Part shown: positions 55,401 through 64,000 of the stretch, piece after piece
Numbering within the stretch: position 1 is the stretch's first letter
Layout: the number at the start of each line of letters is the position of its first letter
Origin: Eledone cirrhosa
Lineage: Eukaryota
DNA: 64,000 nucleotides
Assembly: GCA_964016885.1 (NCBI GenBank)
Contig: OZ024745.1
Coordinates: 64,418,001 to 64,482,000, forward strand
Direction: 5' to 3'
Notes under the pieces: model-generated
Database searches by the model: none
What the model saw: only the letters and a program-made list of their open reading frames with translations
Told to the model about the DNA's origin: nothing
Program-made: the position numbers and the translations under genes

Positions 55401-58400
55401 TGGGTGATCCATTTTTTATTTGGGTGATACATTTTTTATTTGGGGGATCCATTTTTTATTTGGGTGATCCATTTTTTATTTGTGGAATCCATTTTTTATT
55501 TGGGGGATCCATTTTTTATTTGGGTGATCCATTTTTTATTTGGGTGATCCATTTTTTATTTGGGGGATCCATTTTTTATTTGGGGGGTCCATTTTTTATT
55601 TGGGTGATCCATTTTTTATTTGGGGGATCCATTTTTTAATTGGGTGATCCATTTTTTATTTGGGGGATCCATTTTTTATTTGGGTGATCCATTTTTTATT
55701 TGGGGGATCCATTTTTTATTTGGGTGATCCATATTTTATTTGGGTGATCCATTTTTTATTTGGGGGATCCTTTTTTTATTTGGGTGATCCATTTTTTATT
55801 TGGGGGATTCATTTTTTATTTGGGTGATCCATATTTTATTTGGGTGATCCATTTTTTATTTGGGGGATCCATTTTTTATTTGGGTGATCCATTATTTATT
55901 TGCGGGATCCATTTTTTATTTGGGGGATCCATTTTTTATTTGGGTGATCCATTTTTTATTTCGGGGATCCATTTTTTATTTGGGTGATCCATTTTTTATT
56001 TGTGGGATCCATTTTTTATTTGGGGGATCCATTTTTTATTTGGAGGATCCATTTTTTATTTGGGTGATCCATTTTTTATTTGGGTGATCCATTTATTATT
56101 TGGGGGATCCATTTTTTATTTGGGGGCAGAATTTTTATTTGGGTGATCCATTTTCTATTTGGGTGATCCATTTTTTATTTGGGTGATCCATTTTTTATTT
56201 GGGGGATCCATTTTTTATTTGGGGGCAGAATTTTTATTTGGGTGATCCACTTTCTATTTGGGTGATCCATTTTTTATTTGGGGGATCCATTTTTTATTTG
56301 GGGGATCCTTTTTTATTTGGGTGATCCATTTTTTATTTGGGGGATCCATTTTTTATTTGGGTGATCCATTTTTTATTTGTGGGATCCATTTTTTATTTGG
56401 GGGATCCATTTTTTATTTGGGGGATCCATTTTTTATTTGGGTGATCCATTTTTTATTTGGGGGATCCATTTTTTATTTGGGTGATCCATTTTTTATTTGG
56501 GTGATCCATTTTTTATTTGGGGGATCCATTTATTATTTGGGGGATCCATTTTTTATTTGGGTGATCCATTCTTTATTTGGGTGATCCATTTTTTATTTGG
56601 GGGATCCATTTTTTATTTTGGGTGATCCATTTTTTATTAGGGGGATCCATTTTTTATTTGGGTGATCCATTTTTATTTGTAGATCCATTTTTTATTTGGG
56701 TGATCCATTTTTTAATTGGATGATCCATTTTTTATTTGGGGGATCCATTTTTTATTTGGGGGATCCATTATTTATTCGGGTGATCCATTTTTTATTTGGG
56801 TGATCCATTTTTTATTTGGGTGATCCATTTTTTATTTGGGTGATCCATTTTTTAATTGGGGGATCCATTTTTCATTTAGTTGATCCATTTTTTAATTGGG
56901 TGATCCATTTTTTATTTGGGGGATCCATTTTTTATTTGGGGGATCCATTGTTTATTTGGGTGATCCATTGTTTATTTGGGTGATCCATTTTTTATTTGGG
57001 TGATCCATTTTTTATTTGGGGGATCCATTTTTTATTTGGGGGATCCATTTTTTATTTGGGTGATCCATTTTTTATTTGGGTGATCCATTTTTTATTTGTG
57101 GGATCCATTTTTTATTTGGGGGATCCATTTTTTATTTGGGGGATCCTTTTTTTATTTGGGTGATCCATTTTTTATTTGGGTGATCCATTTTTTATTTGGG
57201 GGATCCATTTTTTATTTGGGTGATCCATTTTTTATTTGGGTGATCCATTTTTTATTTGGGGGATCCATTTTTTATTTGGGTGATCCATTTTTTATTTGGG
57301 GGATCCATTTTTTATTTGGGGGATCCATTTTTTATTTGGGTGATACATTTTTTATTTGGGTGATCCATTTTTTATTTGGGTGATACATTTTTAATTTGGG
57401 TGATCCATTTTTTATTTGGGGGATCCATTTTTTATTTGGGTGATCCATTTTTTATTTGGGGGATCCATTTTTTATTTGGGTGATCCATTTTTTATTTGGG
57501 TGATCCATTTTTTAATTGGGTGATCCATTTTTTATTTGGGGGATCCATTTTTTATTTGGGTGATCCATTTTTTATTTGGGTGGTCCATTTTTTATTTGGG
57601 TGATCCATTTTTTATTTGGGGGATCCATTATTTATTTGGGTGATCCATTTTTTATTTGGGGATCCATTTTTTATTTGGGTGATCCATTTTTTATTTGGGT
57701 GATCCATTTTTTATTTGGGGGATCCATTTTTTATTTGGGTGATCCATTTTTTATTTGGGGGGTCCATTTTTTATTTGGAGGATCCATTTTTATTTGGGTG
57801 ATCCATTTTTTATTTGGGGGATCCATTTTTTATTTGGGTGATCCATTTTTTATTTGGGTTGATCCCTTTTTTATTTGGGGGATCCATTTTTTATTTGGGT
57901 GATCCATTTTTTATTTGGGGGATCCATTTTTTATTTGGGGGATCCATTTCTTATTTGGGTGATCCATTTTTTATTTGGGGGATCCATTTTTTATTTGGGT
58001 GATACATTTTTTAATTGGGTGATCCATTTTTATTTGGGTGATCCATTTTTTACTTGGGGGATCCATTTTTTATTTGGGGGATCCATTTTTTATTTTGCTG
58101 ATTCATTTTTTATTTGGGTGATCCATATTTTATTTGGGGGTATCCATTTTTTATTTGGGTGATCCATTTTTTATTTGGGGGATCCATTTTTTATTTGGGT
58201 GATCCATTTTTTATTTGGGTGATCCATTTTTTATTTGGGGGATCCAATTTTTATTTGGGTGATCCATTTTTTATTTGGGTGATCCATTTTTTATTTGTGG
58301 GATCCATTTTTTATTTGGGGCATCCATTTTTTATTTGGGTGATCCATTTTTATTTGGAGATCCATTTTGTACTTGGGTGATCCATTTGTTAATTGGGTGA

Positions 58401-61400
58401 TCCATTTTTTATTTGGGTGATCCATTTTTTATTTGGGGGATTCATTTTTTATTTGGGTGATCCATTTTTTATTTGGGTGGTCCATTTTTTATTTGGGTGA
58501 TCCATTTTTTATTTGGGGGATCCATTTTTTATTTGGGTGATCCATTTTTTATTTGGGGATCCATTTTTTATATGGGTGATCCATTCTTTATTTGGGTGAT
58601 CCATTTATTATTTGGGTGATCCATTTTTTATTTGGGGGGTCCATTTTTTATTTGGGGGATCCATTTTTATTTGGGTGATCCATTTTTTATTTGGGGGATC
58701 CATTTTTTATTTGGGTGACCCCTTTTTTATTTGGGGGATCCATTATTTATTTGGGTGATCCATTTTTTATTTGGGGATCCATTTTTTATTTGGGGGATTC
58801 ATTTTTTATTTGGGTGATCCATTTTTTATTAGGGGGATCCATTTTTTATTTGGGTGATCCATTTTTATTTGGAGATCCATTTTTTATTTAGGTGATCCAT
58901 TTTATAATTGGGTGATCCATTTTTTATTTGGGGGATCCATTTTTTATTTGGGGGATCCATTATTTATTTGGGTGATCCATTTTTTATTTGGGTGATCCAT
59001 TTTTTATTTGGGTGATCCATTTTTTATTTGGGTGATCCATTTTTTATTTGGGTGATCCATTTTTTATTTGGGGGATCCATTTTTTATTTGGGTGATCCAT
59101 TTTTTATTTGGGGGATCCATTTTTTATTTGGGTGATCCATTTTTTATTTGGGGAATCCATTTTTTATTTCGGGGATCCATTTTTTATTTGGGTGATTCAT
59201 TTTTTATTTGGGGGATTCATTTTTTATTTGGGTGATCCATTTTTTTTATTTGGGGGTCCATTTTTTATTTGGGTGATCCATTTTTTATTTGGGTGATCCA
59301 TTTTTTATTTGGGGGATCCATTTTTTATTTGGGTCATCCATTTTTTATTTGGGGAACCATTTTTTATTTGGGGGATCCATTTTTTATTTTGGGTGATCTA
59401 TTTTTTATTAGGGGGATCCATTTTTTATTTGGGTGATCCATTTTTATTTGTAGATCCATTTTTTAATTGGGGGATCCATTTTTTATTTAGTTGATCCATT
59501 TTTTAATTGGGTGATCCATTTTTTATTTGGGTGATCCATTTTTTATTTGGGTATTCCATTTTTTATTTGTGGGATCCATTTTTTATTTGGGTGATCCATT
59601 TTTTATTTGGGGGATCCAGTTTTTATTTGGGTCATCCATTTTTTATTTGGGGTATCCATTTTTTATTTGAGGGATCCATTTTTTATTTTGGGTGATCCAT
59701 TTTTTATTAGGGGGATCCATTTTTTATTTGGGTGATCCATTTTTATTTGTAGATCCATTTTTTATTTGGGTGATCCATTTTTTAATTGGATGATCCATTT
59801 TTTATTTGGGGGATCCATTTTTTATTTGGGGGATCCATTATTTATTTGGGTGATCCATTTTTTATTTGGGTGATCCATTTTTTATTTGGGGGATCCATTT
59901 TTTATTTGGGTGATCCATTTTTTATTTGGGTGATCCATTTTTTAATTGGGGGATCCATTTTTAATTTAGTTGATCCATTTTTTAATTGGGTGATCCATTT
60001 TTTATTTGGGGGATCCATTTTTTATTTGGGGGATCCATTGTTTATTTGGGTGATTCATTGTTTATTTGGGTGATCCATTTTTTATTTGGGTGATCCATTT
60101 TTTATTTGGGGGATCCATTTTTTATTTGGGGGATCCATTTTTTATTTGGGTGATCCATTTTTTATTTGTGGGATCCATTTTTTATTTGGGGGATCCATTT
60201 TTTATTTGGGGGATCCTTTTTTTATTTGGGTGATCCATTTTTTATTTGGGTGATCCATTTTTTATTTGGGGGATCCATTTTTTATTTGGGTGATCCATTT
60301 TTTATTTGGGTGATCCATTTTTTATTTGGGGGATCCATTTTTTATTGGGGTGATCCATTTTTTATTTGGGGGATCCATTTTTTATTTGGGGGATCCATTT
60401 TTTATTTGGGTGATACATTTTTTATTTGGGTGATCCATTTTTTATTTGGGTGATACATTTTTAATTTGGGTGATCCATTTTTTATTTGGGGGATCCATTT
60501 TTTATTTGGGTGATCCATTTTTTATTTGGGGGATCCATTTTTTATTTGGGTGATCCATTTTTTATTTGGGTGATCCATTTTTTAATTGGGTGATCCATTT
60601 TTTATTTGGGGGATCCATTTTTTATTTGGGTGATCCATTTTTTATTTGGGTGGTCCATTTTTTATTTGGGTGATCCATTTTTTATTTGGGGGATCCATTA
60701 TTTATTTGGGTGATCCATTTTTTATTTGGGGATCCATTTTTTATTTGGGTGATCCATTTTTTATTTGGGTGATCCATTTTTTATTTGGGGGATCCATTTT
60801 TTATTTGGGTGATCCATTTTTTATTTGGGGGGTCCATTTTTTATTTGGGGGATCCATTTTTATTTGGGTGATCCATTTTTTATTTAGGGGATCCATTTTT
60901 TATTTGTGTGATCCATTTTTTATTTGGGTTTATCCCTTTTTTATTTGGGGGATCCATTTTTTATTTGGGTGATCCATTTTTTATTTGGGGGATCCATTTT
61001 TTATTTGGGGGATCCATTTCTTATTTGGGTGATCCATTTTTTATTAGGGGGATCCATTTTTTATTTGGGTGATCCATTTTTATTTGGAGATCCATTTTTT
61101 ATTTAGGTGATCTATTTTATAATTGGGCGATCCATTTTTTATTTGGGGGATCCATTTTTTATTTGGGGGATCCATTATTTATTTGGGTGATCCATTTTTT
61201 ATTTGGGTGATCCATTTTTTATTTGGGTGATCCATTTTTTATTTGGGTGATCCATTTTTTATTTGGGTGATCCATTTTTTATTTGGGGGATCCATTTTTT
61301 ATTTGGGTGATCCATTTTTTATTTGGGTGATCCATTTTTTATTTGAGGGATCCATTTTTTATTTGGGTGATCCATTTTTTATTTGGGTGATCCATTTTTT

Positions 61401-64000
61401 ATTTGGGGGATCCATTTTTTATTTGGGGGATCCATTTTTTATTTGGGGGATCCATTTTTTATTTGGGGGATCCATTTTTTATTTGGGGGATCCATTTTTT
61501 ATTTGGGTGATCCATTTTTTATTTGGGGGATCCATTTTTTATTTCGGGGATCCATTTTTTATTTGGGTGATTCATTTTTTATTTGAGGGATCCATTTTTT
61601 TTATTTGGGGGTCCATTTTTTATTTGGGTGATCCATTTTTTATTTGGGTGATCCATTTTTTATTTGGGGGATCCATTTTTTATTTGGGTCATCCATTTTT
61701 TATTTGGGGAACCATTTTTTATTTGGGGGATCCATTTTTTATTTTGGGTGATCTATTTTTTATTAGGGGGATCCATTTTCTATTTGGGTGATCCATTTTT
61801 ATTTGTAGATCCATTTTTTAATTGGGGGATCCATTTTTTATTTAGTTGATCCATTTTTTAATTGGGTGATCCATTTTTTATTTGGGTGATCCATTTTTTA
61901 TTTGGGTATTCCATTTTCTATTTGTGGGATCCATTTTTTATTTGGGGGATCCATTTTTTATTTGGGGGATCCAATTTTATTTGGGTGATCCATTTTTTAT
62001 TTGGGTGATCCATTTTTTATTTGGGGGATCCAATTTTTATTTTGGTGATCCATTTTTTATTTGGGTGATACATTTTTTATTTGGGGGATCCATTTTTTAT
62101 TTGGGTGATCCATTTTTTATTTGTGGAATCCATTTTTTATTTGGGGGATCCATTTTTTATTTGGGTGATCCATTTTTTATTTGGGTGATCCATTTTTTAT
62201 TTGGGGGATCCATTTTTAATTTGGGTGATCCATTTTTTATTTGGGGGATCCATTTTTTATTTGGGTGATCCATTTTTTATTTGGGGGATCCATTTTTTAA
62301 TTGGGTGATCCATTTTTTATTTGGGGGATCCATTTTTTATTTGGGTGATCCATTTTTTATTTGGGGGATCCATTTTTTATTTGGGTGATCCATATTTTAT
62401 TTGGGTGATCCATTTTTTATTTGGGGGATCCTTTTTTTATTTGGGTGATCCATTTTTTATTTGGGGGATTCATTTTTTATTTGGGTGATCCATTTTTTAT
62501 TTGGGTGATCCATTTTTTATTTGGGGGATCCATTTTTTATTTGGGTGATCCATTATTTATTTGGGGGATCCCTTTTTTATTTGGGGGATCCATTTTTTAT
62601 TTGGGTGATCCATTATTTATTTGGGGGATCCATTTTTTATTTGGGTGATCCATTTTTTATTTGGGGGATCCATTTTTTATTTGGGTGATCCATTTTTTAT
62701 TTGTGGGATCCATTTTTTATTTGGGGGATCCATTTTTTATTTGGAGGATCCATTTTTTATTTGGGTGATCCATTTTTTATTTGGGTGATCCATTTATTAT
62801 TTGGGGGATCCATTTTTTATTTGGGGGCAGAATTTTTATTTGGGTGATCCATTTTCTATTTGGGTGATCCATTTTTTATTTGGGTGATCCATTTTTTATT
62901 TGGGGGATCCATTTTTTATTTGGGGGCAGAATTTTTATTTGGGTGATCCACTTTCTATTTGGGTGATCCATTTTTTATTTGGGTGATCCATTTTTTATTT
63001 GGGTATTCCATTTTTTATTTGTGGGATCCATTTTTTATTTGGGTGATCCATTTTTTATTTGGGGGATCCAGTTTTTATTTGGGTCATCCATTTTTTATTT
63101 GGGGTATCCATTTTTTATTTGGGGGATCCATTTTTTATTTTGGGTGATCCATTTTTTATTAGGGGGATCCATTTTTTATTTGGGTGATCCATTTTTATTT
63201 GTAGATCCATTTTTTATTTGGGTGATCCATTTTTTAATTGGATGATCCATTTTTTATTTGGGGGATCCATTTTTTATTTGGGGGATCCATTATTTATTTG
63301 GGTGATCCATTTTTTATTTGGGTGATCCATTTTTTATTTGGGGGATCCATTTTTTATTTGGGTGATCCATTTTTTATTTGGGTGATCCATTTTTTAATTG
63401 GGGGATCCATTTTTTATTTAGTTGATCCATTTTTTAATTGGGTGATCCATTTTTTATTTGGGGGATCCATTTTTTATTTGGGGGATCCATTGTTTATTTG
63501 GGTGATTCATTGTTTATTTGGGTGATCCATTTTTTATTTGGGTGATCCATTTTTTATTTGGGGGATCCATTTTTTATTTGGGGGATCCATTTTTTATTTG
63601 GGTGATCCATTTTTTATTTGGGTGATCCATTTTTTATTTGTGGGATCCATTTTTTATTTGGGGGATCCATTTTTTATTTGGGGGATCCTTTTTTTATTTG
63701 GGTGATCCATTTTTTATTTGGGTGATCCATTTTTTATTTGGGGGATCCATTTTTTATTTGGGTGATCCATTTTTTATTTGGGTGATCCATTTTTTGGGGG
63801 GGGGATCCATTTTTTATTTGGGTGATCCATTTTTTATTTGGGGGATCCATTTTTTATTTGGGGGATCCATTTTTTATTTGGGTGATACATTTTTTATTTG
63901 GGTGATCCATTTTTTATTTGGGTGATCCATTTTTTATTTGGGTTGATCCCTTTTTTATTTGGGGGATCCATTTTTTATTTGGGTGATCCATTTTTTATTT
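40200..64000. repeat. About 14.4-kb tandem higher-order repeat; second copy starts near 54,600 and is cut by the window end
   Basis: ORF-track entries from 40314 to 41830 recur at +14,428 and those from 42688 to 49230 at +14,408, consistent with one monomer lost near 56,800. The rare T6-G9 monomer at 49388 recurs at 63796. Confidence 0.92.

Larger units (their letters stand above)
1..64000. repeat. 20-bp tandem satellite array filling the whole window (about 3,200 monomers; runs off both window ends)
   Basis: Uninterrupted 20-bp period, visible as aligned columns in the 60-nt lines (e.g. 1141-2040, 29041-29760). Every stretch read is a variant of TGGATC[A/C]CCCAAATAAAAAA or its reverse complement; no unique insert seen. 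Confidence 0.99.
25820..64000 (-). repeat. Right arm: 38-kb homogeneous family A array (ATTTTTTATTTGGG[T/G]GATCC)n, about 1,900 monomers, single orientation
   Basis: No family B monomers and no further inversion seen; CpG only in rare variants (ttcgggg, gggcgat, gcgggat, ggcggta). Confidence 0.97.

Noticed and set aside
27049-63925. Dozens of plus-strand ORFs of the type MGDPFFIWVIHFLFG
   Set aside because: They reflect the 60-bp translation cycle of a 20-bp unit, interrupted only when the TGA of a T-type monomer falls in frame. They were used here only as markers for duplication offsets.
25820-64000. Canonical G-quadruplex array
   Set aside because: G3-G5 runs are separated by 15-17 nt loops, well beyond the usual 1-7 nt, so stable intramolecular G4 cannot be supported from sequence alone.
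25820-64000. T/G dimorphism as an encoded binary message or synthetic construct
   Set aside because: The pattern is explained by short 2-3 monomer periodicity plus nested duplications with scattered natural-looking mutations; nothing indicates designed or templated information.
1-64000. Plasmid iterons, rRNA/tRNA genes or intrinsic terminators
   Set aside because: Iteron arrays have a few copies beside a rep gene, not thousands without genes. No structured-RNA motifs are present, and the T-runs lack a preceding GC-rich stem-loop and an upstream gene.

Overview
The whole 64 kb is one non-coding tandem satellite array of roughly 3,200 copies of a 20-bp monomer, with no unique sequence, gene, RNA gene, transposon or CRISPR spacer. 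The consensus is TGGATC[A/C]CCCAAATAAAAAA, whose reverse complement is TTTTTTATTTGGG[T/G]GATCCA. All ORFs in the track are artefacts of translating the repeat. The array is highly structured. (i) The left arm (1-25,819) is mostly A-rich on the + strand. CpG-free GATC-type monomers (family A) alternate there with about 17 domains of a CpG-bearing sister family B (CGGGGCACCC, CGGGGTACCC and CGGACCCCCCC monomers in ordered 40/60-bp dimers and trimers). (ii) Four 0.8-1.0 kb inverted family-A cassettes in the left arm have both ends in register on the monomer's GGATCC palindrome and share private mutations. (iii) A major polarity switch occurs at ~25,820. (iv) The right arm is 38 kb of pure family A, T-rich on +, with nested higher-order repeats of 1,157, 3,231, 4,829, 5,424 and 14,408/14,428 bp. 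I cannot name the organism or satellite family from the sequence alone. The architecture resembles eukaryotic centromeric, pericentromeric or subtelomeric satellite, and would be extraordinary if the source were prokaryotic or viral. All coordinates and offsets were read by eye or taken from the ORF track; functional ideas are inference.
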